From Deltaproteobacteria bacterium (lineage in GTDB: Bacteria; Myxococcota_A; UBA9160; PR03): a DNA stretch of 64,000 bases. The position numbers were made by a program, and so were the translations under genes. Location of the stretch: assembly GCA_035063765.1 (NCBI GenBank), contig JAPSFT010000010.1, positions 9,660-73,659 on the forward strand, given 5' to 3'. Positions 20,311 to 29,986 of the stretch are shown here, one piece after another. Position 1 is the stretch's first letter. Each line of letters begins with the position of its first letter. The notes beneath the pieces were generated by a model that saw only the letters and a list, made by a program, of their open reading frames with translations, was not told the DNA's origin and searched no databases.

Positions 20311-20997
20311 TCAGCCGGCGGCGAGGAGACGGGCGACGAGCTGCCGGTCGTGCGCCGGCAGGCGGCCCGCGGCGTCGAGGGTCGCGCGAGCGAGAGCGCA
20401 GGCCTCGCGCTGCGAGAGGCCCGCGAGCGAGTGGCGCACGGCCTCGAAGCGCTCGGCGTCCGCGGGGCCGAGCCCGCCGAGCAGGGCGGCGCGCGCGCGC
20501 TCCGCGTCCTCGGGCGAGAGCTGCCGGACGGGATCCTCGCGCAGCGTCGCCAGCACCGCCGCGCGGCTCAAGGCGAGCCAGCGCCGCAAGGGATCCTCGT
20601 CGAGCGCCGCCAGCAGGTCCCCGGCCGCGCCCGGCGCGCCGCCCACCAGCACCGTCGCGCAGGTACGCTCGTCGCCGCCGTGCACGACGTCGCGTAGCAG
20701 CGCGAGCCGGTCGAGCAGGGTGGCGTCGGGAAGCCGTGCCAGCCCGTCGCGGGCCAGCTCGAAGAGCAGCGCCTGCTGCTCGGCCTCGCCCATGCCCTCC
20801 GCGCGCGCCTGGAAGGCGGGATCGTCGAAGACCGGCGCGAACACCTCCGCGACGATCGCGTCGCGCACCGCGCCGCCCTGTCGCGCCTCGAGCCGCCGGC
20901 CGAGCGCGCCGAGCCAGCCGGCGGCCCAGGCGACCGCGAGCCCTCCGAGCGCGAGCGCGGCCAGCGCTGCGGCCGTGCGGCGCGCCTCGCGGGTCAC
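20311..20997 (-). CDS. Hypothetical membrane-anchored/exported helical protein, last gene of the ABC operon
   Basis: GTGA overlap with the permease stop; N-terminal hydrophobic helix; coherent protein-like composition to TGA at 20311. Confidence 0.65.
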   Translation of the reverse strand: MTREARRTAAALAALALGGLAVAWAAGWLGALGRRLEARQGGAVRDAIVAEVFAPVFDDPAFQARAEGMGEAEQQALLFELARDGLARLPDATLLDRLALLRDVVHGGDERTCATVLVGGAPGAAGDLLAALDEDPLRRWLALSRAAVLATLREDPVRQLSPEDAERARAALLGGLGPADAERFEAVRHSLAGLSQREACALARATLDAAGRLPAHDRQLVARLLAAG

Positions 20998-21809
20998 CGC
21001 CCGAGCTCGACGCGGCGGAAGGCCAGCAGCAGCAGCGCGACGGCGCCGCCCGCCCACAGCCCGAGCCGGCCGAGGGCTGCGGCCAGCGCGCCCCCCGCTT
21101 CGACGTGCGGGTTCCACGCCGCCGTTGCCGCGAAGACCGCCGTGCCGAGCGGGGGCCCGAAGCGGTCGAGCACCGCGAGCAGGCCGGGCAGCGAGACCTC
21201 GGGCTGCACGAGGGCGATCAGGAGCCCTGCCGCGTTGGCCGCGAACTGCAGCGGCACCGCCGCCGCCAGCGCGAGGAGCACCGCGCTCCGCCCGACGGCG
21301 AGCGAGGCCGCTGCCGCCAGCGCCCCCACCACGACCGCCCCGAGCGCGGTCGCCAGCGAGGCGATCGCGGCGGGCTCGAGGCCGACACCGTGTCGCGTCG
21401 AGAGCAGCGCGGCGGTTCCACCGAGCAGCACCGCGCCGGCGAGCAGCGTCACGGCGAGCGCCCCGGCGAGCCGCGCGCCGGCGAAGACGCTGCGCGAGAC
21501 CGGCCTGGCGAGCCACAGCGCGGCGCTGCCTTCGGCGAGCGGCCGCGCCAGGTGGTCCGACGCCAGGACGCCTGCCACCACCAGCACCGCCAGCGCCTGC
21601 ACCGAGAAGAGGATCGGCGCCAGGAAGCCGGCGAGCAGGGCCGGATCCACCGGCTGGCCGTCGAGGCTGAGGCTCGAGCCGAAGCCGGTGCAGGTGTTCG
21701 TCCAGCCGAGCGAGAGGACGAGCAGGATCGCGATCGCGAGCGCGAAGCGGCGCCGGAGCGCGTCGCGCGCCGCCTCCCCGGCGAGGACCACGAAGGCCCG
21801 CGCGCTCAC
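20994..21809 (-). CDS. ABC-2 type transporter permease
   Basis: Multiple TM segments; LAGEAARDALRRRF start, GSAALWLARPVSRSVFAGARLAG (ABC-2 loop), AFRRVEL C-terminus. Confidence 0.85.
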   Translation of the reverse strand: MSARAFVVLAGEAARDALRRRFALAIAILLVLSLGWTNTCTGFGSSLSLDGQPVDPALLAGFLAPILFSVQALAVLVVAGVLASDHLARPLAEGSAALWLARPVSRSVFAGARLAGALAVTLLAGAVLLGGTAALLSTRHGVGLEPAAIASLATALGAVVVGALAAAASLAVGRSAVLLALAAAVPLQFAANAAGLLIALVQPEVSLPGLLAVLDRFGPPLGTAVFAATAAWNPHVEAGGALAAALGRLGLWAGGAVALLLLAFRRVELGR

Positions 21810-21867
21810 CCGCGCACCGCCCGCGCGAAGGCCCGCGCGCTCACCCGCGTACCGCGCGCACGAAGGC
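21791..21867. repeat. 35-bp tandem duplication spanning the ATPase-stop/permease-start junction
   Basis: cgaaggcccgcgcgctcacccgcgcaccgcccgcg (21791-21825) and cgaaggcccgcgcgctcacccgcgtaccgcgcgca (21826-21860), 3 mismatches, then cgaaggc. Confidence 0.9.
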
Positions 21868-22551
21868 GTCCTCGAGCGACTCCCCCGGCTGCACCAGCGC
21901 GCCGAGCGGGCCGCCCGCGGCGACGCGCCCCTCGTGCAGGATCACGACCTCGTCGCAGGTGCGCTCGACCTCGGAGAGCACGTGCGAGGAGACCAGCACC
22001 GTGGCGCCGCGCGCACGCGCGGCCTGGATCCAGTCGCGCGCGTCGCGGACGCCGAGCGGGTCGAGGCCGCTGGTCGGCTCGTCGAGGACGAGCACGGCCG
22101 GGTCGCCGAGCAGCGCGCTCGCGAAGCCGGCACGCTGCGCGAGCCCCTTCGAGAGCGACCCCAGGCGCTCGTCGAGCCGCTCGCGCACGCCGGTCGTGTC
22201 GGCAGCGGCCTCCAGCGCGCGCCCGGCCGCGGTGCCCGAGAGCCCGGCGAGCGCGGCGTGGACGCGGAGGAAGCGCCGCAGGGTCAGCGCGCCCGGCAGG
22301 GCCAGCCGCTCGGGCAGGTAGCCGACGCCGGCCCGCGACGCCGGGTCGTAGGGATCGCGCCCGCGCAGGCGCGCGGCGCCGCGGCTCGGGCGCGCGAAGC
22401 CGAGCAGCAGGCGCAGCGCCGTCGTCTTGCCGGCGCCGTTCGGGCCGAGCAGGCCGACCGCGGCGTGCTCGCGGACGACGAGATCCACCCCGGCCAGGGC
22501 CCGCCGGCGGGCGTAGTGCTTCGTGGCGGCGGCGAGCTCGAAGGCGAACAC
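21841..22551 (-). CDS. ABC transporter ATP-binding protein
   Basis: GPNGAGKTT, LSKGLAQR, LVLDEPTSGLDP, VSSH; GTG 22551 lies 9 nt after a TACGCT -10. Confidence 0.92.
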   Translation of the reverse strand: MFAFELAAATKHYARRRALAGVDLVVREHAAVGLLGPNGAGKTTALRLLLGFARPSRGAARLRGRDPYDPASRAGVGYLPERLALPGALTLRRFLRVHAALAGLSGTAAGRALEAAADTTGVRERLDERLGSLSKGLAQRAGFASALLGDPAVLVLDEPTSGLDPLGVRDARDWIQAARARGATVLVSSHVLSEVERTCDEVVILHEGRVAAGGPLGALVQPGESLEDAFVRAVRG

Positions 22552-22660
22552 GGCGGCGGCAGCGTAGGCAGGTTCCCCCGCGCGCGCATCGCTTCGGCCC
22601 GCCCCGCCCGCCGAGCCTGGTACCTTCGGCCCGCGCACCCGTTCCGGACCCGGAGGCACC

Positions 22661-23482
22661 ATGTCCGCAGCCCATCCCCTCGCCGGCAAGACCGCGGTCG
22701 TGACCGGCGCCTCGAGCGGCATCGGCCGCGCCATCGCCCGCCAGCTCGGCCTGGCCGGCGCCCACGTGACCCTCGGCGGGCGCACCCGCGCCGCGATGGA
22801 GGAGACCGCCCGCGAGCTCGAGAAGGCCGGCGGCGGGGCGCGGGTCGTCACCCTCGACGTGCGTGAGCCGGCGCAGGTGCGCGCGCTCGTCGAGGGCGCC
22901 GTCGAGGCGACCGGCCGGCTCGACGTCATGGTCAACAACGCCGGCGTGTCGTTTCCGGGCAAGATCGCGGAGGGCGAGCCCGAGGAGTGGCGCGCGATGC
23001 TCGAGACCAACGTGCTCGCGCTCCTGGTCGGCGCGCAGGCGGCGATCCGCGCGATGCGCCGGTGCGGCGCGCAGGGCCACATCGTGAACATCTCCTCGAT
23101 CGCGGCGCAGCGCAACAACTCCGGCGTGTACGGCGCCACCAAGCACGCCGTGAACTGCATCCACCACACGCTGCGCGAGGAGCTGGAGGGCGACACGATC
23201 CGGGTCGTGAACGTGATGCCCGGCGCGATCGCCACCAACTTCGCGCGGAACTTCGACCCCGCCTTCGTGGCGGGCATCGTGAAGGCGACCGGCCTGGAGG
23301 TCGAGGTGAAGAAGGGCGAGCGGCTGCCCGACGAGGTGGTGGAGAAGCTCCAGCCCGCGCTACAGCAGCTCCTCGGCAGCCCCGACGACGTGGCAAAGGC
23401 GGTGCTCTACGCCGTCACCCAGCCGATCGAGGTGAACGTCGCCGAGATCGTCGTGCGCCCGCCGCGGCAGATCGCGCTCTGA
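22661..23482 (+). CDS. SDR-family oxidoreductase
   Basis: VVTGASSGIG, VNNAG, NISS, YGATK; GGAGG RBS and TGgTACCTT extended -10 at 22618-22626. Confidence 0.95.
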   Translation: MSAAHPLAGKTAVVTGASSGIGRAIARQLGLAGAHVTLGGRTRAAMEETARELEKAGGGARVVTLDVREPAQVRALVEGAVEATGRLDVMVNNAGVSFPGKIAEGEPEEWRAMLETNVLALLVGAQAAIRAMRRCGAQGHIVNISSIAAQRNNSGVYGATKHAVNCIHHTLREELEGDTIRVVNVMPGAIATNFARNFDPAFVAGIVKATGLEVEVKKGERLPDEVVEKLQPALQQLLGSPDDVAKAVLYAVTQPIEVNVAEIVVRPPRQIAL

Positions 23483-24487
23483 ATGAGGCTCGACGATCTG
23501 GTGACGCCGGCGCTGGTGGTCGACACCGCCGCCCTCGAGCACAACCTCGCGCTCATGGCCCGCGCGCTCCCCGGCCCGCGCCTGCGGCCCCACGTGAAGG
23601 CCACGAAGGCGACGGCCCTGGCGCGCCGCCAGGCCGCGCTCGGCCACCGCGGCTTCTGCTGCGCGACCGTGCGCGAGATGGAGGGCCTGGCGGCGGCGGG
23701 CCTCGGCGAGGACCTGCTCCTTGCCAACGAGACCCTCGACGCGCGCCGGCTCGGGCGCCTCGACGCGCGCGTGACCGTCGCGGTGGACTCGCCGGAGACG
23801 ATCGAGGCCGCCGTGGCGGGCGGCGTGCGCGAGGTGCTGATCGACGTGAACGTGGGGCTCCCGCGCTGCGGCTGCGCCCCCGAGCAGGCGGGCCCCCTCG
23901 CCGACCGCGCGCGGCGGCGCGGCCTCTCCGTGCGCGGCGTCATGGGCTACGAGGGCCACGCGGTCGGGCTCGCCGGCCGCGCCGAGCGCAAGGCCGCCGT
24001 CGATGCCGCGATGGCGAAGCTGGCGGCGGCCCACGCCGAGGTCGGCGGGGAGGTCGTGTCGGCCGGCGGGACCGGCTCCTTCGACCTGAACGAGCTCGCG
24101 ACCGAGATCCAGGCCGGCTCCTACTCCTTGATGGACACGGCCTACGCGAAGCTCGGGCTGCCCTTCCGGCCCGCGCTCGCGGTCTGGAGCACGGTGGTGT
24201 CGGTGGGCCCCGCCTGGGCGGTGTGCGACGCGGGGCTCAAGTCCCTCGGCATGGACCACGGCAATCCCGCGATCGAGGGCGCCCGGGTCTGGTTCTGCTC
24301 GGACGAGCACGTGACCTTCGCCGCCGACCCGGAGGCGCCCGGCGGCGCGCGGCAGGTGAAGGTCGGCGACCGCCTGCGCGTGTGGCCGGCGCACGTGGAC
24401 CCGACCGTCGCCTACCACGAGCGCCTCCACCTCGTCGAGGGCGACCGGGTCGTCGAGAGCTGGGCCGTCGACCTGCGGGGCTGGTGA
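23483..24487 (+). CDS. DSD1/D-threonine aldolase-like PLP enzyme (alanine racemase fold type III)
   Basis: TPALVVD, LRPHVKATK, LIDVNVGLPRCG, GVMGYEGH, SAGGTGS, EIQAGSYSLMD, DAGLKSL, SDEH, HVDPTV. Confidence 0.88.
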   Translation: MRLDDLVTPALVVDTAALEHNLALMARALPGPRLRPHVKATKATALARRQAALGHRGFCCATVREMEGLAAAGLGEDLLLANETLDARRLGRLDARVTVAVDSPETIEAAVAGGVREVLIDVNVGLPRCGCAPEQAGPLADRARRRGLSVRGVMGYEGHAVGLAGRAERKAAVDAAMAKLAAAHAEVGGEVVSAGGTGSFDLNELATEIQAGSYSLMDTAYAKLGLPFRPALAVWSTVVSVGPAWAVCDAGLKSLGMDHGNPAIEGARVWFCSDEHVTFAADPEAPGGARQVKVGDRLRVWPAHVDPTVAYHERLHLVEGDRVVESWAVDLRGW

Positions 24488-24551
24488 GCGTGGTTTGCGC
24501 CCGGGCGGATCACCGCCGACAATGCCGCGCCACGCGAGGGGGAGGCGGACC

Positions 24552-26186
24552 ATGACCGGGAGCGCGAGCAGGGGGAGGAATCGGGCCCTCGCGGCCGGAC
24601 TGGCGGCGCTGCTCGCCACCGGTGCGGCCGGTGCGGCCGCTGCGGGCGGGCCGCACGCGTCCTGGAACGGGAGCGGCGTCGGGCGCGAGCCCGCCCGCGA
24701 GCACGAGAGCGGGCTCGCGCATCGCCAGCGGCCCGTGCTCGAGTCCCCCGTCTTCGTCGAGCGCGAATGCTGGTGGCCGCGCCCCGAGACGATCCCGGCC
24801 GACACCACCATCACCTGCGGCACCGTCGCGGTGCCGGACGATCGCGAGCGCCAGCGCCCGCCGCCGTGGCACCCCTGGCGGGGCAGGTCGTGGATCCAGC
24901 TCGCCGTCGCCCGCATCCACCGCGCGGGCGCCGACCCGGCCGCGCCGCCGATCCTCGTGCTGCACGGCGGGCCCGGCGGCAGCGCCCTGACGGCGGCGCC
25001 GGCCGGCCTGGCGAGGCTGCCCGCGCTTGCCGGCCGCGACCTCATCACCTTCGACCAGCGCGGGGCCGGCCGTTCGCTCCCGAGCCTGGAGTGCCCCGAG
25101 AAGGAGGAGGCGATCCTGGCCGCGCTCGGCGCCGCCGCCTCGTGGAGGACGGAGCTCGCCGACAACCGCAGGGCCGTGAAGGCCTGCCGCGACCGGCTCG
25201 TCCGCTCCGGCGTCGATCTCGACGACTACGACACGCCGGCCTCGGTCGCCGACATGGAGTCGATCCGGCGCGCGTTCGGCGTCGACACCTGGAACGTGTA
25301 CGGTGGCTCGTACGGGACGCGTCTCGCCCTCGACTATGCGCGCAAGCACCCGCGCCGGGTCCGCTCCCTGCTCCTCGATTCGGTGTATCCGCCCGACGTC
25401 GGGGGCGTGCACCGCACGCTGTCGCTGCCGGACCGCGCCGTGGACGTCCTGGCGGCGGCATGCGCGGCCGACCCCGCCTGCAACGCCTCCTTCCCCGCGC
25501 TCGGCGCGACGATCGACGCCGCCGCGGCGTCGTTCGACGCGGATCCCGAGACGATCGACGCCACCTACACGGTGGGCGGCGAGACCTTCACGCGCTCGTT
25601 CACGCTGACCGGTGCGGACGTGCGCGGGGGCCTGTTCTCGGCCCTCTACCAGACGTCGCTGATCCCGCTCCTGCCCTCCGTGGCCGACAGCCTCGCTGCG
25701 GGCGAGCGCGGCATCATCCCGCTCTTCATCAGCCTGGGCGTCCCGCAGCTGCTCCAGCTCTCCGAGGGCGCCTACCTGTCGGTGGACTGCGCCGACGGGC
25801 AGCGCCTCCACCCCCCGCGGCGGGTTCGCGGGGCGCTGCGCGGCGCCGGCCGGGACGGGCTGGTCCTGCTCGGCTTCTCGCAGCCCTTCTGCGACGTGTG
25901 GGACGTGGAGTCGGTGCCGCGGAGCTTCCAGGACCCGGTGACGGTGGACGTCCCGACGCTGGTCTTCGCCGGCACGCTCGACCCGATCACGCCCCACGAG
26001 GACTCGCAGGCCCAGGCCGCACGCATGCCGAACGCGCGCTTCGTCTCGGCGCCGCGCGCGGGCCACGGCGCCGCCGGCTTCGACGCCTGCACCTACGGGG
26101 CGATGCAGAGCTTCTGGGAGGATCCGGCGGCGCCACTGCCGGCCTGCCTCGAGCTGCTCGAGCCGCTGCCCTTCGTCACGTACTGA
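24552..26186 (+). CDS. Secreted alpha/beta hydrolase (TAP-like / peptidase S33 type)
   Basis: Signal peptide, LHGGPGGS, FDQRGAG, GGSYGT nucleophile elbow, GTLDPITP, AGHG. Confidence 0.88.
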   Translation: MTGSASRGRNRALAAGLAALLATGAAGAAAAGGPHASWNGSGVGREPAREHESGLAHRQRPVLESPVFVERECWWPRPETIPADTTITCGTVAVPDDRERQRPPPWHPWRGRSWIQLAVARIHRAGADPAAPPILVLHGGPGGSALTAAPAGLARLPALAGRDLITFDQRGAGRSLPSLECPEKEEAILAALGAAASWRTELADNRRAVKACRDRLVRSGVDLDDYDTPASVADMESIRRAFGVDTWNVYGGSYGTRLALDYARKHPRRVRSLLLDSVYPPDVGGVHRTLSLPDRAVDVLAAACAADPACNASFPALGATIDAAAASFDADPETIDATYTVGGETFTRSFTLTGADVRGGLFSALYQTSLIPLLPSVADSLAAGERGIIPLFISLGVPQLLQLSEGAYLSVDCADGQRLHPPRRVRGALRGAGRDGLVLLGFSQPFCDVWDVESVPRSFQDPVTVDVPTLVFAGTLDPITPHEDSQAQAARMPNARFVSAPRAGHGAAGFDACTYGAMQSFWEDPAAPLPACLELLEPLPFVTY

Positions 26187-27474
26187 GGGTCGCGAGCGCC
26201 CATGCGGCGGCGGCGGTCACGAGCAGCGCGGCCGTCACCGTCACGACGTGGCGGCGCAGCGCGCGGGACCCGATCCCGGCGGCCAGGGCGCACTTCACCA
26301 GGGTGTTGCTGGCCGCTGCGATCGCGATCGCCGCGATCGCCGGCCCGGCCGCCACGGCTTCGTTCGGCTGTGCCACCGAGAGCGTGATCGCGTCGACGTC
26401 GGTGAGCCCCGCGAGCGCTGCCACCGCGTAGAGGCCGCGTGCCGGGAAGCGGCCTTCGGCGAACGCGACCGCGAGCAGCACCCCCGCGTAGAGCAGCGCG
26501 AAGCGGATCGCCGGCACGAGGCGGAAGGGATTCGCGAGGGGGAGCGCATCGCCGCCGGCGCCGTGCGCACGGCTGCGCCCGTGATGCCAGGCGGCGGCAA
26601 GGCCGGTGACCGCGATCATCGCGCCGAGCGGCCCGGCGATCCCCGGCAGGAGCGGCGCGTTCACCGCTGCCACGAGGACCCCGATGCGGGCGAACATCGT
26701 CGCCCAGGCGAGCAGGATCCCCGCGGTCAGGGCGTGGTCGAGGCGTGCGTCGCCGCGCCCCTCGGCGCTGCGGCGCGCGAGCGAGAGGGTCACCGCGGTC
26801 GACGACACGAGGCCCCCCGCCAGCCCCGTCAGCGGGATCCCGCGTCCCGCGCCGAGCGCGCGCGTCGCCACGTAGCCGACCAGCGACAGCGCCGAGATCA
26901 GGATCACGAGCCACCACATCTTCCACGGGTTGAGCACGCCCCACGGGTCGACCGGCCGGTTCGGGAGCACCGGCAGCACGATGAAGGCCGCGATCAGGAG
27001 CTCGAGCCCGGCGTAGAGATCGTCGCGGTCGATGCGCTCGACGAGCCCGTGCAGCGGTCGCTTGAAGGCGAGCACCGCCGAGGTGGCGATGGCGAGCGCG
27101 ACCGCCATTCCGGCGTGTCCGACCAGGACCGTCGCGCCGAGCAGGAAGGTCACGAGCGCGGCGGTCTCGGTGGTGAGGCCGAGCTGGCCCTCCTCGCGCG
27201 AGGTCGCGGTGTAGCCGGCCAGGACCACTGCCGTCACCATGGCGCCCACGCCGACGAAGAGCCACGGCGTCCCGAGCTCGAGCGAGAGCCAGGCCGCCAG
27301 GGCGCCCGCCTCGGCGAACAGGATGAAGGTGCGCAGCCCGCCGATCCCGCGCTGCTTGCGCACGCCGCTCTCGAGCTCCTCCGCGATCCGCTTCTCGCGC
27401 TCGAGCCCGATCAGTGCGCCGAGCAGGAGCGCGATCGCGAAGCCGACGAGCGCCGGAGGGTCGTCGAGGTCCAT
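26176..27474 (-). CDS. MgtC/SapB-family membrane protein with DUF4010
   Basis: ALLLGALIGLEREK, GIGGLRTF, GLTTETAA, LPVLPNRP..NPWKMW, GGLVSSTAVT, AGLTDVDAITLS, SNTLVK. Confidence 0.9.
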   Translation of the reverse strand: MDLDDPPALVGFAIALLLGALIGLEREKRIAEELESGVRKQRGIGGLRTFILFAEAGALAAWLSLELGTPWLFVGVGAMVTAVVLAGYTATSREEGQLGLTTETAALVTFLLGATVLVGHAGMAVALAIATSAVLAFKRPLHGLVERIDRDDLYAGLELLIAAFIVLPVLPNRPVDPWGVLNPWKMWWLVILISALSLVGYVATRALGAGRGIPLTGLAGGLVSSTAVTLSLARRSAEGRGDARLDHALTAGILLAWATMFARIGVLVAAVNAPLLPGIAGPLGAMIAVTGLAAAWHHGRSRAHGAGGDALPLANPFRLVPAIRFALLYAGVLLAVAFAEGRFPARGLYAVAALAGLTDVDAITLSVAQPNEAVAAGPAIAAIAIAAASNTLVKCALAAGIGSRALRRHVVTVTAALLVTAAAAWALATLST

Positions 27475-27498
27475 CGCGCCGATGCTAGCCTGCGCGCG
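27475..27498. promoter_or_regulatory. Bidirectional leaderless promoter with overlapping -10 hexamers
   Basis: Plus TAGCCT 27486-27491 is 7 nt before ATG 27499, with an extended TG at 27483; minus TAGCAT 27487-27482 is 7 nt before ATG 27474; no SD on either side. Confidence 0.7.
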
Positions 27499-28704
27499 AT
27501 GGCCTCCGGCCCCGCCGCCCGCCCCGCTGCCCGCTCGCGCCGCGTCACGGCGGGCCTCGCCTTCCTGGCGGTGTTCCTGACGCTCGCGCTGGCGATCCAC
27601 GCCTATCTGGCGCAGCGGCTGGTCCTGGCCCCCGCCTGGCCCGGTGCCTGGCAGGCCGCGGGGCTCGGCCTCCTCGGCGCCGGCTTCACGGCGCTGCTCG
27701 TGCAGGTCTTCGTCCGCCGGCGCACGAGCCGCGCGCTCGGCGTGCTCGCCTGGAGCGCCTACACCTGGCTCGGTCTCGTGTTCCTGCTGCTCGTCGCCAC
27801 GCTCGCGAGCGACGCGGCGCTGGCCCTGCTCGGCGCCGCCGAGCCGGCCGGCGCGACCGGCGGCGTCGCCCCGGCCCGGGTGCGCGCGCTGGTGGCGGCG
27901 GTGGTCGGGCTCTCGCTGGCCGCTGCCGCGCTGCGCGGGGGCATGGCCCCGCCGTCGCTCGTGCGCGTCGAGATCCCGCTCGCCCGCTGGCCCCGCGCGC
28001 TCGACGGCTTCCGCATCGTGCAGCTCTCCGACCTGCACCTGGGCCCGCTCCTCGACCGGCGCTTCGCGGCCTCGCTCGTCGAGCGCGTCACCGCGCTCGC
28101 GCCCGACCTCGTCGTGGTGACCGGCGACCTGGTCGACGGCGGTGTCGGGCGGGTCGGGGACGAGGTGGCGCCGCTCGGCGCGCTGCGTGCGCGCCACGGC
28201 GTCTGGTTCGTGACCGGCAACCACGACTACTACTCGGGCGCCGACGACTGGGTGGCGCGCGTGAGCGCGCTCGGCTGGCGCGCGCTGCGCAACGAGCGGG
28301 TCGCGATCGGGGCGGACGGTGCGGGCTTCGACCTGGCGGGCGTCGACGACCACCACGGCGCGCTCGTCGGGCCCGGCGGCGGCGAGGACCTCGAGCGCGC
28401 GCTCGCCGGGCGCGACCCGGAGCGCCCCGTCGTCCTGCTCGCGCACGATCCGGCGACCTTCCGGCGCGCCGCGCGCCGCGAGGTCGACCTCCAGCTCTCG
28501 GGCCACACCCACGGCGGCCAGATCTGGCCCTTCCGCTGGGCGGTGCGGCTCACCGTGCCGTGGGTCGAGGGCCTGCACCGGGTCGGGCGCAGCACGCTCT
28601 ACGTGAGCCGCGGCACCGGCTTCTGGGGCCCGCCGATGCGGCTGCGCGCGCCGGCCGAGATCAGCGAGCTGGTGCTGCGCTACCCGGGCGGCTCCGCCCA
28701 GTAG
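27499..28704 (+). CDS. Membrane-anchored metallophosphoesterase (YkuE/YaeI-like calcineurin-like)
   Basis: TM N-terminus; [48 protein letters not shown]. Confidence 0.93.
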   Translation: MASGPAARPAARSRRVTAGLAFLAVFLTLALAIHAYLAQRLVLAPAWPGAWQAAGLGLLGAGFTALLVQVFVRRRTSRALGVLAWSAYTWLGLVFLLLVATLASDAALALLGAAEPAGATGGVAPARVRALVAAVVGLSLAAAALRGGMAPPSLVRVEIPLARWPRALDGFRIVQLSDLHLGPLLDRRFAASLVERVTALAPDLVVVTGDLVDGGVGRVGDEVAPLGALRARHGVWFVTGNHDYYSGADDWVARVSALGWRALRNERVAIGADGAGFDLAGVDDHHGALVGPGGGEDLERALAGRDPERPVVLLAHDPATFRRAARREVDLQLSGHTHGGQIWPFRWAVRLTVPWVEGLHRVGRSTLYVSRGTGFWGPPMRLRAPAEISELVLRYPGGSAQ

Positions 28705-29477
28705 TCGAGCGGCCCCTGGCCCGCGCCGAGCCCCGGGGCACCGGCGATCGCGCGCTGGAGCCAGGCGCGCGCCCGGCGCACCGCGCGCTCGAGGCCGTCG
28801 CCGTGGGCGAGCCGCGCCGTGATCGCCGCCGAGAGGGCGCAGCCCGTCCCGTGGGTGTGTCGGGTCGGGAGGCGGGGCGCACGCAGCCAGGTGCAGCTCC
28901 CGTCCGCGAACAGGAGGTCGGCCACCTCCGGGCCTTCTCCGTGGCCGCCCTTCACGAGCACCGCCGCGGGGCCGAGCGCGGCCAGCGCGCGCGCCGCCGC
29001 CTCGACGTCGGCCTCGCGCTCGAGCGCCCCGCCGCCGAGCAGCGCGGCGGCCTCGGGGAGGTTCGGCGTGAGCAGCGTCGCGTGGGGGAGCAGGAGCCGG
29101 CGCAGGGCGTCGACGTCGCCGGTCGCGAGCAGGGGATCGCCGTGCTTCGAGAGCATGACGGGGTCCACCACCAGCGGGCGCAGCCCGTGCCGGGCGAGCG
29201 CGGTGGCCACCGCCGCGACGACCGGGGCCGCGCCGAGCGCCCCGGTCTTCACCGCGGCCGGGCGCAGGTCCGCCGCCAGCGCGTCGATCTGGGCCGACAC
29301 GGTCGCCGGCGCGAGCACGTCCACCCGCTCGACGCCGAGGGTGTTCTGCGCGGTCACCAGGGTCAGCGCGCTGGTCCCGTACACGCCGAGGCGATGGAAG
29401 GTCTTGAGATCGGCCTGGATCCCGGCGCCGCCGCCCGGGTCCGAGCCGGCGATGGTGAGCGCGATCGGCGGCGGCAT
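28680..29477 (-). CDS. thiD: Hydroxymethylpyrimidine/phosphomethylpyrimidine kinase
   Basis: [63 protein letters not shown]. Confidence 0.97.
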   Translation of the reverse strand: MPPPIALTIAGSDPGGGAGIQADLKTFHRLGVYGTSALTLVTAQNTLGVERVDVLAPATVSAQIDALAADLRPAAVKTGALGAAPVVAAVATALARHGLRPLVVDPVMLSKHGDPLLATGDVDALRRLLLPHATLLTPNLPEAAALLGGGALEREADVEAAARALAALGPAAVLVKGGHGEGPEVADLLFADGSCTWLRAPRLPTRHTHGTGCALSAAITARLAHGDGLERAVRRARAWLQRAIAGAPGLGAGQGPLDYWAEPPG

Positions 29478-29551
29478 CGACGTGACGGGATCCTTGCGGG
29501 GCGGGGGAGGGGGATGTCGGCTGGGGCGCTGCGGCGGGTGGGGTCGCCCGG

Positions 29552-29558
29552 TACGCTA
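29552..29558. promoter_or_regulatory. Overlapping divergent -10 hexamers between thiD and the cupin gene
   Basis: TACGCTA contains plus TACGCT (29552-29557) and minus TAGCGT (29558-29553). Confidence 0.4.
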
Positions 29559-29622
29559 CCCGCATCCCCCCGCCTGCGCCGCCCGCCCGGGCGGCGCGGA
29601 GCGGCCACGATCGGAGGACGAC

Positions 29623-29937
29623 GTGGAGCTCCGACACATTCCGTGGACCGACCTCGGGGCGCCCGGCGAGCTGTCACTGCGCCGCGGACTCGAGGCCGAC
29701 GGCTTCGAGGTGACGGTCTGGCGCGATCCCGCCGACCGCAGCTACGACGCGCACACCCACGCCGACGACGAGCGCCTCCAGGTCGTACGCGGGCGCATCG
29801 TCTTCCAGGTCGCGGGACGGGTCTTCCCGCTCGGACCGGGCGACGCCCTCGAGCTCCCGCGCGGCACCCTCCACAGCGCCCAGGCCGGCCCCGACGGCGC
29901 CGTCTACCTGATCGCGCGCCGGCTCGACGAGGCCTGA
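29623..29937 (+). CDS. Small cupin-domain protein
   Basis: GGAGGA RBS, GTG start; [18 protein letters not shown] and [17 protein letters not shown] cupin motifs. Confidence 0.85.
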   Translation: MELRHIPWTDLGAPGELSLRRGLEADGFEVTVWRDPADRSYDAHTHADDERLQVVRGRIVFQVAGRVFPLGPGDALELPRGTLHSAQAGPDGAVYLIARRLDEA

Positions 29938-29986
29938 CGCACGCGGCCCCGCCGCTCGCGCGTGTTCCGGACGCCCCGCCGCGGGC

